Source: Candidatus Omnitrophota bacterium (GTDB lineage: Bacteria > Omnitrophota > Gorgyraeia > Zapsychrales > Zapsychraceae). Taken from it: 64,000 bases of DNA. The stretch lies in the NCBI GenBank assembly GCA_016212005.1, contig JACRHP010000043.1:99-64098 (forward strand). Reading direction: 5' to 3'. A program made the translations under genes and the position numbers. Positions 9,041 to 19,255 of the stretch are shown piece by piece; the first letter of the stretch is position 1; every line of letters starts with the position of its first letter. The notes beneath the pieces are model-generated. The model saw nothing but the letters and a program-made list of their open reading frames with translations. It ran no database searches and was not told where the DNA came from.

Positions 9041-10057
9041 ATGTCTGAAGTCAGACAAAATTTAGCAACGAGAGAATGGGTCGTCATTGCCCCGGCGCGT
9101 TCCAAGAAACCCAGAAGCCTCAACGTGAATATTGACAAAATAAGAGCCTCTGAGAAGCCCTATGATGCGTCTTGCCCTTTTTGTCCGGGCAATGAAGAAA
9201 TTTCTCCCGTTGAGGAAAAGTTCCGTATTGATAACCCTCAAGGAGATTGGAAGGTCAGGGTCATAAACAATAAATTCAAAATTTTTGCAAGTGAATTATG
9301 TTCTCTGAAACCAGAGCCTTTTCTTACTGAAGGGATATACAAAAAACTCAAGGCTTGCGGGGAGCATGAGTTGATTATCGAAACACCTCAACATAACAAG
9401 GTTATCATCGATATGAGCCAAGAAGAAGTAAAGGATATTATCCTGGCGTTCACGCATAGATACAAAACATTTGAGAAGAATTCCGGCAATTTAATCACAC
9501 TTATTTTCAAGAATTACGGAGCGATGGCCGGCCAGACTCAAATTCATTCTCATACCCAAATTGTGAATTCGCGCATCGTCCCCTCGTATATCCGGTTATT
9601 GCTTAATCAAGCGCAAGAATATTTTGATGATAACGGGACATGCGTTTTTTGCGATATGCTTAATTATGAATTAAAAGACGGTCAACGATTGATCTATGAG
9701 AATGAGGATTATGCCGCCTTTGTCCCGTACGCTGCCGGGACGGAGCATGAGACGTGGATTATGCCGAAGTATCATGGGGCAGGATTAGATTCCCTCCAAA
9801 ATGAAAGAATTGATCGCCTGGCAAGTATTTTACGCGTTGTCTTCAGAAAATTCTATGCGGCTATCAAGGACCCGGATTTCAATTTTGTTATTAGAAATGC
9901 TCCGTATCCTTTAGCGGGAGTGCCATTTTATCATTGGCATATTCAGCTTTTACCGCGGATAAAAATAGTCGGTGGATTTGAGCGGGGCACACGTATCCCG
10001 GTCAATACGATTTATCCGGAAGAATCAGCAAAGCTGTTGAGAGAGTGTCAGGTTTAG
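9041..10057 (+). CDS. GalT-family (HIT superfamily) nucleotidyltransferase / galactose-1-phosphate uridylyltransferase-like
   Basis: Zn-site motif CPFCPGNE near the N-terminus and active-site HxHxQ motif (IHSHTQI). The size (338 aa) is typical. Confidence 0.7.
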   Translation: MSEVRQNLATREWVVIAPARSKKPRSLNVNIDKIRASEKPYDASCPFCPGNEEISPVEEKFRIDNPQGDWKVRVINNKFKIFASELCSLKPEPFLTEGIYKKLKACGEHELIIETPQHNKVIIDMSQEEVKDIILAFTHRYKTFEKNSGNLITLIFKNYGAMAGQTQIHSHTQIVNSRIVPSYIRLLLNQAQEYFDDNGTCVFCDMLNYELKDGQRLIYENEDYAAFVPYAAGTEHETWIMPKYHGAGLDSLQNERIDRLASILRVVFRKFYAAIKDPDFNFVIRNAPYPLAGVPFYHWHIQLLPRIKIVGGFERGTRIPVNTIYPEESAKLLRECQV

Positions 10058-10079
10058 CTTGAGAAAGAGAGTTAAGAAA

Positions 10080-10703
10080 ATGGGAAATCCTGCGCAAATT
10101 AAACCCAACAACAATCTTAAATGGGGTTTCATGGGGGCTATTTCAGCAGCCATTGCCGCTTCTGTTTGTTGCTTGGGTCCGCTGATTCTAGTCGGACTTG
10201 GATTCAGCGGGGCATGGATTGGTGGCTTGTCGGCATTTGAACGTTATCGTCCTCTTTCTATGCTTATCACTTTTGGTTTTCTGGCGTTCGCTTTCTACAA
10301 AGTCTATTCAAAACCAAAAGCAGACTGCTGTGAAACAGACAGTTATTGTGCCAATCCCAAAGCGGATAAAATCAACAAAATTGCCCTTTGGAGTGTAATG
10401 GTTCTTGTTATTGGAATGCTTGTTTCTCCCAATGTCATCGGAGCATTTGCCTCGAAATCTACGCTAACACAACCGGCAACGACAAAACAAGTTGTCTTAA
10501 ATGTCGAGGGAATGACGTGCGCGGCTTGTTCTGTTACTGTAAGCAAAAGTCTTAAACGTGTCGATGGCGTTCAAGAAGCAAATGTCACGCTGATCCCGCC
10601 GGAAGCGGTTGTGACCTTTGATCCGGTAAAAGTCAAGGTTGAACAGCTTGTTGAAGCGACCAAGAACGTCGGATATCCATCATCCGTAAGAGGAGGGAAT
10701 TAA
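10080..10703 (+). CDS. MerT-like mercuric/heavy-metal transporter fused to a C-terminal HMA (MerP-like) domain
   Basis: First TM carries the vicinal Cys pair (AASVCCLGPLIL) as in MerT. The C-terminal domain has GMTCAACSVTV. ATG at 10080, with an alternative TTG at 10059. Confidence 0.75.
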   Translation: MGNPAQIKPNNNLKWGFMGAISAAIAASVCCLGPLILVGLGFSGAWIGGLSAFERYRPLSMLITFGFLAFAFYKVYSKPKADCCETDSYCANPKADKINKIALWSVMVLVIGMLVSPNVIGAFASKSTLTQPATTKQVVLNVEGMTCAACSVTVSKSLKRVDGVQEANVTLIPPEAVVTFDPVKVKVEQLVEATKNVGYPSSVRGGN

Positions 10704-10704
10704 C

Positions 10705-11169
10705 ATGTCAGATTGTTGTTCAACGAACAATAAAAGTAGTACTAATCAGCAAAATTTATCTTGCCCCACTTGCCATGAAAAGGGTAAATCAGTTGATACT
10801 ATTACTTTAAAAAGTCTCTTGAAGCCTGATGCTATGAAGCGTCTTGATTCATCACATAATTATCAATTTTGCCGGACTGCGGATTGCCCTGTTGTTTATT
10901 TTTGTAAATCGGTTTCTTTTCGCCAGGACGAGATTGTTGTTCTAGTTTTTCAAAAGGAAAATTTACCATCGACGCCCGTCTGTTACTGTTTTGGTTTTGA
11001 TAGAAAGGCACTTGTCAACGATGTCAATCAAAATGGGAAAAGCAGTATTCAAGAAAAAATAAAACAATACGTCAAAGATAAAAAATGCGCCTGCGAAATC
11101 CGCAACCCCCAGGGGAGCTGCTGCCTGGGCAATATTTCGCAAGTCGTGAATCAATCAAAAGTGCTTTAA
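10705..11169 (+). CDS. Cys-rich putative metal-binding/metallochaperone protein
   Basis: N-terminal CC, SCPTCHEKG, and C-terminal CACEIRNPQGSCCLGN cluster. It sits between the MerT-like and MerA-like genes. The family was not firmly recognised. Confidence 0.5.
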   Translation: MSDCCSTNNKSSTNQQNLSCPTCHEKGKSVDTITLKSLLKPDAMKRLDSSHNYQFCRTADCPVVYFCKSVSFRQDEIVVLVFQKENLPSTPVCYCFGFDRKALVNDVNQNGKSSIQEKIKQYVKDKKCACEIRNPQGSCCLGNISQVVNQSKVL

Positions 11170-11207
11170 GTAATAAATGTGTTTTTGTAATTATGGGGAG
11201 GCAATGA

Positions 11208-12629
11208 ATGAGTAAATTCGATTACGGGACGATTGTGATCGGTGGGGGAGCGGCTGGTTTAACCTCCTCCATTTGGTCAGCACAGCTTGGTTCTAGGACC
11301 CTGCTTGTTGAAAAAGAAGAGAAGCTGGGAGGAGATTGCCTCCATTACGGTTGCGTCCCGTCGAAATCTTTGATCAAAAGCGCTTATGTTTGTCATTTGA
11401 TGAGGCATGCCGAAGACTATGGCCTTCCCAAGGCTGATATTGCCCCGGTAGATTTTTCCAAGGTGCGTGACCGTATCCAGAGAATTATCGGCGGGATACA
11501 AAAGCACGACTCCCCGGAAGCTTTCAAAAAACAATATAACATTGATACCCAATTCGGTTCGCCCCGATTTGTCGATAATCACACGATTGAGTTAAATGGT
11601 AAAAGTATTACAGCCAACACTTTTATTTTGGCAACAGGTTCTTCGGCCCGGATTCTTCCGATTGAAGGGTTAAGAAATGTTCCTTCTATTACAAATGTCC
11701 AAATCTTTTCTTTAGACAGATTACCAGCATCTCTGATTGTTTTAGGCGGCGGGCCTATCGGCATGGAAATGGCGCAGTCTTTTTCGCGTCTGGGATCAAA
11801 AGTGACTGTCGTTGAATTCGCGGATTGTATTTTGCCCAAAGAAGACCCGGATGTTTCCTGTTATGTTCATGAGCTTCTGGAGAAAGAGGGGATTGAATTT
11901 CTGATTCAAGCTAAAGCCCAGAAGGCCGAAAAGAACGGGAACCTTGTTAAACTGACCGTTGAGCATAGCGGAACGACTAAAGTCGTTGAGGCAGAAAGTT
12001 TGCTGGTTGCTGTTGGCCGTCAGCCTAATTTAGAAGGATTGGATTTAGAGAAGGCCGGCGTGGAATATGCCCCGCAGGGGATCAAAGTCAACAGTCATCT
12101 TCAAACAACAGCGAAGAATATTTATGCCTGTGGTGACTGCAAAGGAGGGTATCTGTTCACGCACGTGGCTGAATATGACGCCCGTATCGCCGCGTTAAAT
12201 TCCCGGCTATCGTTTCCGATTCTAAAAACGGATTATTCCAACGTGCCGTGGTGCACGTATCTTGATCCAGAAGTGGCTTCCGTTGGTCTTAATGAGACAA
12301 TGGCCAAGAAAGCAGGGATAAATTATAAAGTTTATAAATATGAATTTGCCCATGTGGACAGGGCGTTAGCCGAAGGGGCAACAAACGGATTTATTAAGAT
12401 TTTAACAGATGCGAAGCGCAGACTTATCGGAGCGCAGATTGTAGGGCTTCATGCCGGTGAGTTGATTCACGAATGGGTCGCGGTTATAAACGCCAAGATT
12501 GATATAGGCAAGATTGAAAAATCCATTCATGTTTATCCGACATTGGCGCAGATCAACAAAAAAGTCAGCGGTAACTTCTTGGCTGGTCAAAGCGCTTTGG
12601 TCAAAATCGCGACCTATTTGTTGAAATAA
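11208..12629 (+). CDS. Class I pyridine nucleotide-disulfide oxidoreductase, MerA-like core without NmerA or C-terminal Cys pair
   Basis: FAD motif GGGAAGLTSS, redox-active disulfide GGDCLHYGCVPSKSL, and C-terminal interface motif HVYPTLAQ. The protein ends ...ATYLLK with no CC pair. Confidence 0.8.
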   Translation: MSKFDYGTIVIGGGAAGLTSSIWSAQLGSRTLLVEKEEKLGGDCLHYGCVPSKSLIKSAYVCHLMRHAEDYGLPKADIAPVDFSKVRDRIQRIIGGIQKHDSPEAFKKQYNIDTQFGSPRFVDNHTIELNGKSITANTFILATGSSARILPIEGLRNVPSITNVQIFSLDRLPASLIVLGGGPIGMEMAQSFSRLGSKVTVVEFADCILPKEDPDVSCYVHELLEKEGIEFLIQAKAQKAEKNGNLVKLTVEHSGTTKVVEAESLLVAVGRQPNLEGLDLEKAGVEYAPQGIKVNSHLQTTAKNIYACGDCKGGYLFTHVAEYDARIAALNSRLSFPILKTDYSNVPWCTYLDPEVASVGLNETMAKKAGINYKVYKYEFAHVDRALAEGATNGFIKILTDAKRRLIGAQIVGLHAGELIHEWVAVINAKIDIGKIEKSIHVYPTLAQINKKVSGNFLAGQSALVKIATYLLK

Positions 12630-12656
12630 AACGAACTTAAGAAGGGGTGTTAAATT

Positions 12657-13343
12657 ATGGGGAAATTAAAAAATAGTCCGTGGATGAAGTTATTGTTAGT
12701 TGTTGCTTTTTTTGCGGCAATCTTTTTCGCTTTGCGATTTTTTAATGTTGATTTCTCCAAGATGACCGTTGAGTCATTTAAAGAAAAGATAGACTCTTTC
12801 GGCATCTGGGGGTCGGTTATTTATATTGTTCTCTATGTCTTGCGCCCGCTGATTTTATTTCCGGCCGCCGTATTCTCGGCTTCAGCCGGTGTTATTTGGG
12901 GACTCAAGGGCCTTCTGTATCTTCTTGTCGGGGCTAATTTGTCGGCCATCGCGGAATTTATCATTGCTCGATACTTTGCCAGAGAAGCCGTTGAAAAATT
13001 GATAAAAGGTAAATTCAATAGTATTGATCGGGCCGTCGAGAGAAATGGATTTGTCACCGTCCTTTTGATTCGTCTGATCCCTAACGTCGCTTGGGATATT
13101 CAAAATTTGGCGTTGGGCTTAACGAAGGTCAAGTTTCGGGATTACGTTTTGGCTACTTTGATAGGAATTTTGCCGGGGTCGTTTGCGCTTGTGTATTTTG
13201 GATCTTCATTTATCAGCGTCATAACAAACCCGAAACATTTTTGGAAGATTGTTGTGGCCTTTGTCATTTTTGGAGCCGTTTACTATTTGCAGCAATTCTT
13301 GAGGAAAAAGCAGAATCAAGAACCAATTACGCCAGCGAGATAG
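12657..13343 (+). CDS. TVP38/TMEM64 (DedA-related, SNARE-associated) membrane protein
   Basis: Polytopic, with motif region VLYVLRPLILFPAAVFSASAGVIWG. This family commonly accompanies or is fused to MerA-like reductases. Confidence 0.75.
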   Translation: MGKLKNSPWMKLLLVVAFFAAIFFALRFFNVDFSKMTVESFKEKIDSFGIWGSVIYIVLYVLRPLILFPAAVFSASAGVIWGLKGLLYLLVGANLSAIAEFIIARYFAREAVEKLIKGKFNSIDRAVERNGFVTVLLIRLIPNVAWDIQNLALGLTKVKFRDYVLATLIGILPGSFALVYFGSSFISVITNPKHFWKIVVAFVIFGAVYYLQQFLRKKQNQEPITPAR

Positions 13344-13347
13344 CTCA

Positions 13348-14037
13348 ATGATCAGCATTATTATCCCTGTTTATAATGAAGAAGAATTTTTGTCGAAGAA
13401 CGATATTTATTACCAAATAATATCACAGGTGGGAGAACTTATCTTTGTCGATGGTGGCAGTACCGATCGCACAGTTTCATTGGCAAAAAAGTTAGGTCGT
13501 GTTATTATTTCTCCCCAAAATAGAGGGGCACAAATGAATAGGGGAGCGCAAGAGGCAAAACGCCGCATTCTTTTATTTCTTCACGCCGATGCCTTTATTC
13601 ATTTAGAGAATTTACAGCAAATTGTGAAAGCCATTGAAGGGAAGAAGTACATTGGCGGCTGTTTTAGCCAAGTGTTGGATGATCCAGCGATATTGTATCG
13701 ATGGATCGCATGGACGGGAAATTTTAGAGCCAAGGTATCAAAAGTATTTTATGGTGACCAAGCGATCTTTGTCCGCAAGGATGTTTTTCAAGGGTTGGGA
13801 GGATTCCCTGAAGTCAAAATTGGCGAAGATATACTATTCACAAAAAAGTTAAGAAGAAAGGGGAAGGTTGGGGTTCTTCCTTTTGCCGTGAATTGTTCAA
13901 CACGACGCTGGAAGAGACAGGGCGTTTGGCAAACGTTCTTATTAAATTTACGTATTAATACGGCATTAGTTTGGAACAAAGATTTGGATCAATTAGCCAA
14001 TGCTTATCAGGATGTCAGAGAGAACATAAAACGGTAA
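13348..14037 (+). CDS. Family 2 glycosyltransferase, second TIGR04283-like paralogue
   Basis: ISIIIPVYNEEEFL, FVDGGSTDRT, FLHADAF and C-terminal STRRWKRQGVWQT. It has the same architecture as the gene at 1884-2600. Confidence 0.75.
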   Translation: MISIIIPVYNEEEFLSKNDIYYQIISQVGELIFVDGGSTDRTVSLAKKLGRVIISPQNRGAQMNRGAQEAKRRILLFLHADAFIHLENLQQIVKAIEGKKYIGGCFSQVLDDPAILYRWIAWTGNFRAKVSKVFYGDQAIFVRKDVFQGLGGFPEVKIGEDILFTKKLRRKGKVGVLPFAVNCSTRRWKRQGVWQTFLLNLRINTALVWNKDLDQLANAYQDVRENIKR

Positions 14038-14059
14038 CCAATTTAATGGAGGGGAGAGA

Positions 14060-14503
14060 ATGTTACGTAAATTATTCAGTAGTTTGATGGTATTGCTGTT
14101 AGTTTGTTCATTGGGGGCAAACGCATATGCCGCCAAAGGAAAGTATCTGGTCGTTCTTCAGGCAGGGAAGGAAAGCCACGAAGGAATGGCGCGAGCCGTT
14201 CATGCCCTTTTATACAGCAAAGAATTGAAAGAGCATGGCCATGAGGTTGTCCTTTTGTTTGACGGCGCTGGGACGGAGTGGATCGCTGAATGGTCAAAGT
14301 CGGATTCAACCGATAAATTGGCACCGATGTATAAAGAATTAAGAGAAGCGGGAGTAACGCAGGTTATCTGCGATTTTTGTGCGAACGCTTTTCAAGTGAA
14401 ATCAAGTTTGGAAGAAAATAAAACACTTTTAACCGCTGAATACAAAGGTCATCCCAGCATTGCCAAATTTGCCGACAAGGGTTATCAGATCATTATTTTG
14501 TAA
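14060..14503 (+). CDS. Secreted DsrE/DsrF-like family protein (tentative)
   Basis: Signal peptide ...SLGANAYA. Rossmann-like KYLVVLQAGKESHEG...HEVVLLFDGAGTEW resembles the DsrE family. The assignment is weak. Confidence 0.45.
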   Translation: MLRKLFSSLMVLLLVCSLGANAYAAKGKYLVVLQAGKESHEGMARAVHALLYSKELKEHGHEVVLLFDGAGTEWIAEWSKSDSTDKLAPMYKELREAGVTQVICDFCANAFQVKSSLEENKTLLTAEYKGHPSIAKFADKGYQIIIL

Positions 14504-14520
14504 CTTTTCAGGGAATAGAA

Positions 14521-15726
14521 ATGCAAAATTATTTTTTCCATTTTCTAACATTCTTTATAACCGGCTTAGCCGTTAATTTAACGCCTTGCGTTTATCCAAT
14601 GTTGATTGTAACGGTTTCTTTATTTAAACCGCCGGAGGGACAACAGCATTCGCGATTGCTTTCTTCATTCGGCAAGGCGTTAATCTATGTGCTCGGGATG
14701 GCGGTCATGTACAGTTCGTTAGGCGTATTTGCCGCTATGACAGGAGCTTTGTTTGGCGGCATCTTGCAAAATAAGTTGGTTGTTATAACAGTCGCGGTTC
14801 TCATGTTTGGCCTGGCACTTTCCATGTTCGGCGTGTTCCAATTGCGTATCCCATCGGGGTTATTGCAAAAATTGGAGCGATTAAGAAAGATCAAATTCTT
14901 CGGATTATTCCTTTCGGGAATGTTCGTTGGTGTTTTTGCCGCTTCCTGTATCGGACCTCCGGTATTAGCTTTGTTGACCTCAGTGGCTGATCGAGGAGAT
15001 CTTCTTTTTGGCTTTATGTCGTTTTTTATTTTCTCGCTGGGATTGGGATTCCCCTATCTTATTTTGGGGACTTTCTCGGGTTTGCTTAAGAAAATCCCAA
15101 AAGCCGGAAGCTGGTTAATGTGGGTCGAGCATGCTTTTGGGGTTATCCTTTTAGGTTTTTCTCTTTATTATTTTGTCATAGCCGTCAATTCTGAATTTGT
15201 TAAGTGGGTTCCTGCTGTTACGTTAATTTTGGGAGGATTATATCTTGGCTTTTTTGAGCGATCGGGGAACGAAAAACCATTATTTGTCCGCTTAAAATGG
15301 GTCGCGGGTTCAGCGAGTTTGATCTTTGGGATTTCGATCATCGCATCGATTCTCACGCCCAAAGCAAGCCTTGCTTGGGAAGCCTATACTTCTGACAAGG
15401 TTGTCCTCGCCGCAACAAAGAAACAGCCGGTGGTGATTGATTTTTATGCGGATTGGTGCATCACGTGCCATGAGTTGGAGAATTTTGTCTTCACGAATCC
15501 GGCAGTTATCAAAGAGTTGAAAAAGTTTGTGCGTTTGAGAGTTGATGCGACGGATATGATGGCCCCGGCGGTTCAGGAGGCTGTAGAGCAATATCGTGTT
15601 TTTGGTTTACCGATGATTGTCTTTTTGGATGAGAATGGCCAAGAGGCTGAAGATGCTCGTGTCGCCGGGTATCTGCCGCCAGCGGAATTTTTGAAATCTT
15701 TGGGATTGGTCTTAAATGAAGAATAA
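14521..15726 (+). CDS. Thiol:disulfide interchange protein DsbD-like (CcdA membrane core + C-terminal thioredoxin domain)
   Basis: The membrane core has LTPCVYPML and a second Cys-containing TM (AASCIGPP). The C-terminal thioredoxin fold has [14 protein letters not shown]. Confidence 0.8.
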   Translation: MQNYFFHFLTFFITGLAVNLTPCVYPMLIVTVSLFKPPEGQQHSRLLSSFGKALIYVLGMAVMYSSLGVFAAMTGALFGGILQNKLVVITVAVLMFGLALSMFGVFQLRIPSGLLQKLERLRKIKFFGLFLSGMFVGVFAASCIGPPVLALLTSVADRGDLLFGFMSFFIFSLGLGFPYLILGTFSGLLKKIPKAGSWLMWVEHAFGVILLGFSLYYFVIAVNSEFVKWVPAVTLILGGLYLGFFERSGNEKPLFVRLKWVAGSASLIFGISIIASILTPKASLAWEAYTSDKVVLAATKKQPVVIDFYADWCITCHELENFVFTNPAVIKELKKFVRLRVDATDMMAPAVQEAVEQYRVFGLPMIVFLDENGQEAEDARVAGYLPPAEFLKSLGLVLNEE

Positions 15727-18019
15727 GGTATCTATAACGGTTTTCTTAATCGGGATCGCGGCTATTTCTTATATGATTCAACAGGGCATGAATCGCTCTA
15801 ATACAGCTAATCAAACGATCAAAAAACCCGAGATAGCGGAAATGGAATCTAAAGTCGATGCCGTAAGAAAATATCCGGATGAAAATTTGTTATCCAAGGA
15901 AAAGAGTCCTTATTTACTTCAGCACGCTAATAACCCTGTCCACTGGTATCCGTGGGGAGACGACGCTTTTGCCAAAGCCAAGGCGGAGGATAAGCCGGTA
16001 TTCCTTTCCATTGGTTATTCGACCTGCCACTGGTGCCATGTGATGGAACATGAATCCTTTGAGAATCCCAAGATTGCCGAGGTGATGAATAAATATTTTG
16101 TTTCCATCAAAGTGGACAGGGAGGAGCGCCCGGATGTGGACAATATTTACATGAAAGCCGTTATGTCCTTAACCGGAAGCGGGGGCTGGCCATTATCTGT
16201 TTTTGTGACTGCGGACAGGAAGCCATTTTATGGCGGGACGTATTTCCCGCCGGATTCTCAATGGGGACGTCCTGGGTTTAAAGAATTATTGTTGTCGATT
16301 AACGACGCTTGGCAAAACAAAAGGGATGAGCTTATTAAATCAAGTCATTTAATTTCGCAGAATCTTCAATCAAAATCCTTTTGGGGACAAATCGCTGGCA
16401 ATCCCATGCTCGATGAGGGAACGCTTCGAAGCGCTTATGGACAATTTGCCCAGCGGTTTGATTCCCGGCATGGTGGTTTCGGCGGAGCGCCAAAATTCCC
16501 ATCGAGCCATAATCTGTCTTACCTTTTAAGATATTGGAAACGTGCGAATGAACCGAAAGCATTGGAGATGGTTGAAAAGACGTTAACCGAAATGTCCAAA
16601 GGCGGGATGTATGATCACATCGGCGGCGGATTTCATCGCTATTCAACGGATCAGAGGTGGCATATCCCGCATTTTGAGAAAATGATGTATGACCAGGCGA
16701 TTTTGACGAAAACATACCTGGAAGCTTATCAAGCAACCAAAGTTGAAAAATACGCTCAGACCACTCGGGAAATTCTTGAATATGTTTTGAGGGATATGAC
16801 GGACACCAAAGGAGGGTTTTATTCCGCCGAAGACGCGGACAGCCTGCCGCCGGAGAAATTTGCCAATATGACCCCGGCGGAAGGTTTATCCGGTGAGAAA
16901 ACGGAAGGAGCATTTTATCTGTGGCGTTATCAAGAAATTGTTGAGCTTCTTGGCAAGGAAGTGGCAGAGGTTTTTAATTATTATTACGGAGTTGAATCAC
17001 GCGGGAATGCTTTTTCTGATCCTCACGGTGAATTTAGAGGTAAAAATATTCTTTATGTTTCTCATAGCTTGGATGAAACGGCGCAGAAGTTTGGAAAACC
17101 TGCCCGGGAGATTCAGAAAATTCTTAATGAATCCAGAAATAAATTACTTGATGTCCGTAAATTTCGCCCCCGGCCGCATTTGGATGACAAAATACTCGTC
17201 GATTGGAATGGATTGATGATTTCCAGTTTGGCACTGGGGTCTCGTGTGTTGAATGAACCGCGATACGGCCAAGCCGCTGAAAAATCAGCGCAATTCATAT
17301 TGTCAACCTTGGTCAGGAAGGATGGGAGGCTTTTGCACCGTTATCGTGACGGTGAGGCCGGTATTTTAGGAACGCTTGAAGATTACGCGTTCTTTATTCA
17401 CGGACTCATTGATCTTTATGAAGCGACATTTAAAGAAGAATATTTAAAAGAGGCAAAGCGACTGACTGAAGATATGATAAAACTGTTTTGGCATGAGAAG
17501 GAAGGTGGGTTTTTCTTTACGGCTACGGATGCGGAGAGGCTTCTGATTCGGGAAAAGGAGATTTATGACGGGGCGATCCCGTCAGGTAATTCAATAGCGG
17601 CGCTGGATTTGCTTCGCATGGGACGATTGACATTGAATCGTGAATGGGAGAAAAAAGCGCAAGAATATTTTAAGGCATTCGGTCAGGAATTATCTTCAGG
17701 CCCAAGCGCGTATGCCCAATCGCTCATGGCTCTGGATTTCGCCATTGGCCCTTCGAGGGAAATCGTTCTGGTTGGTCAAAAGGACGATCCGCAAACACAA
17801 GAGATGCTCAAGAGTCTTTACAGCAGGTTTATCCCGAACAAAGTTGTAGTTTTAAGACTGAACTCGGATGAGGAGGCAAAGGCCATTTCTGATATAATAC
17901 CATTTGTTAAAGGGCAACGAGCTTTAGATGGCAAGACAACAGCTTATGTATGCAAGAATTACAATTGTGAATTTCCCACCAATGACATTAAGAAGTTTGA
18001 GCAATTATTGGATCGATAG
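15716..18019 (+). CDS. Thioredoxin-domain protein, DUF255/YyaL (SPATA20-like) with six-hairpin glycosidase-like C-terminal region
   Basis: N-terminal [15 protein letters not shown], and [16 protein letters not shown]. The large alpha-helical C-terminal part is typical of DUF255 proteins. Confidence 0.8.
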   Translation: MKNKVSITVFLIGIAAISYMIQQGMNRSNTANQTIKKPEIAEMESKVDAVRKYPDENLLSKEKSPYLLQHANNPVHWYPWGDDAFAKAKAEDKPVFLSIGYSTCHWCHVMEHESFENPKIAEVMNKYFVSIKVDREERPDVDNIYMKAVMSLTGSGGWPLSVFVTADRKPFYGGTYFPPDSQWGRPGFKELLLSINDAWQNKRDELIKSSHLISQNLQSKSFWGQIAGNPMLDEGTLRSAYGQFAQRFDSRHGGFGGAPKFPSSHNLSYLLRYWKRANEPKALEMVEKTLTEMSKGGMYDHIGGGFHRYSTDQRWHIPHFEKMMYDQAILTKTYLEAYQATKVEKYAQTTREILEYVLRDMTDTKGGFYSAEDADSLPPEKFANMTPAEGLSGEKTEGAFYLWRYQEIVELLGKEVAEVFNYYYGVESRGNAFSDPHGEFRGKNILYVSHSLDETAQKFGKPAREIQKILNESRNKLLDVRKFRPRPHLDDKILVDWNGLMISSLALGSRVLNEPRYGQAAEKSAQFILSTLVRKDGRLLHRYRDGEAGILGTLEDYAFFIHGLIDLYEATFKEEYLKEAKRLTEDMIKLFWHEKEGGFFFTATDAERLLIREKEIYDGAIPSGNSIAALDLLRMGRLTLNREWEKKAQEYFKAFGQELSSGPSAYAQSLMALDFAIGPSREIVLVGQKDDPQTQEMLKSLYSRFIPNKVVVLRLNSDEEAKAISDIIPFVKGQRALDGKTTAYVCKNYNCEFPTNDIKKFEQLLDR

Positions 18020-18028
18020 ACTTTTGAT

Positions 18029-18433
18029 ATGCATAAAAAAAGAGTTTTAATCCTCTGCGCAGGGAATTCCTGCCGTTCACAAATGGCTGAAGGGATGTTG
18101 CGGCATTTCGGCGGCGATAGACTTGAAGTGTTTAGCGCAGGAACGAAGCCATCACAAGTTAATCCGGTTGCTATCCGGGTTATGAAGGAAATCGGCATAG
18201 ATATTTCTGGGCACCGCTCGAAGCATGCAGATGAGTTTAAGGGGCAAACTTTTGATTATGTTATTACTGTTTGCGATAACGTTAAGGAATCTTGCCCGAT
18301 CTTTCCCGGTGCGAAGTCAATCCATTGGCCTTTTCCTGATCCCTCACATAATAGAGAGATTGATGACCGGGTTATCAATGAATTCCGCAAAGTCAGAGAT
18401 ATGATTTACGAGAAGTTTAAAAACTTTACATAG
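18029..18433 (+). CDS. arsC: Arsenate reductase, LMW-PTP (thioredoxin-coupled) type
   Basis: P-loop LCAGNSCRSQMAEG and the second and third cysteines in CDNVKESCP. 134 aa. Confidence 0.85.
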   Translation: MHKKRVLILCAGNSCRSQMAEGMLRHFGGDRLEVFSAGTKPSQVNPVAIRVMKEIGIDISGHRSKHADEFKGQTFDYVITVCDNVKESCPIFPGAKSIHWPFPDPSHNREIDDRVINEFRKVRDMIYEKFKNFT

Positions 18434-18822
18434 AATATGAGATTAAAAGAAGTATTTGCCTTCTGGGAATTCTGATTCTTTCGTTCCTGTTGAATTTTTT
18501 CCGGGAATCATTACACGGATTTTCTTTGTATGCAGATCACGTTATTGATTCGGGTAAGTATGTTTATATGATGATCAATATGTCCTGCCGGGATGCCGCA
18601 ACAATTCTTGCGATATACGTATTTTACGCTTTCTTTATGAAAGATATCCTTTGGTTAAAGGCCATGAACTTAAAAATAGGAGGTATATTCTTTATAATCG
18701 GACTATGTATCGCTGTTGTCGTCGAATATCTCCCCCGGCTTTCAGATTGATTTCCGGCCGGGCGCGGGATACAATGAACTTCACAATACGGACACGGCCC
18801 GTTGAACCGAGGGGGAAAATTT

Positions 18823-19245
18823 ATGCGGAAGTGGCAACGATCGGGTTTTCTGCTCATTTTTTTATTTTCAGGACAGACTTTTCTCTTCGCCCAGACCAAC
18901 AAGACGGAAGAGATCCCCCCGTGGATGGAAAAGGTCGATAAAAGGGGGCAGGCGTCTTATCTGGTCCCCAAGGGGTCCAAGGCTGGCAAGTTCGGCGCCG
19001 AGTATAAGGTCGAGACCACTGAAGAGTTTGTGGCCCGCCGGTTTTACGAAATCGACCAGCGTCTGGCCAAGGCGGAACAGCGTGAAGAAGACCTGGAGAA
19101 AGAGCTGGATGAAAAGCTGGAAAATCTTCAGAAACAACTGGCCGATCTTAACACCGCCCTGCAGGACATGAAAAAAGAATCAGCGGTCCAGGCCACGGCG
19201 GGCGGCGCCATCCCCATCGAATCCTTTGACGTCAAAGAACCGTGA
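18823..19245 (+). CDS. Secreted coiled-coil protein, unknown function
   Basis: ATG 18823 follows GAGGGGG. Signal peptide FLLIFLFSGQTFLFAQ. The central region is E/K/L-rich and heptad-like. Confidence 0.45.
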   Translation: MRKWQRSGFLLIFLFSGQTFLFAQTNKTEEIPPWMEKVDKRGQASYLVPKGSKAGKFGAEYKVETTEEFVARRFYEIDQRLAKAEQREEDLEKELDEKLENLQKQLADLNTALQDMKKESAVQATAGGAIPIESFDVKEP

Positions 19246-19255
19246 AGGGGGCTCC

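Noticed and set aside
11208-12629. Calling this gene merA (bona fide mercuric reductase)
   Set aside because: It has the redox-active CxxxxC but lacks the N-terminal HMA (NmerA) domain and the C-terminal vicinal Cys pair required for Hg(II) transfer. I kept it as a MerA-like flavoprotein disulfide reductase.
18490-18750. 86-aa TTG-initiated ORF (hydrophobic) in the 390-nt gap at the AT/GC boundary
   Set aside because: It has no ATG/GTG start or SD, and no recognisable family. An upstream 12-codon ATG ORF (18437-18475) is in another frame. It may be a decayed membrane-protein gene, but the support is too weak to call.
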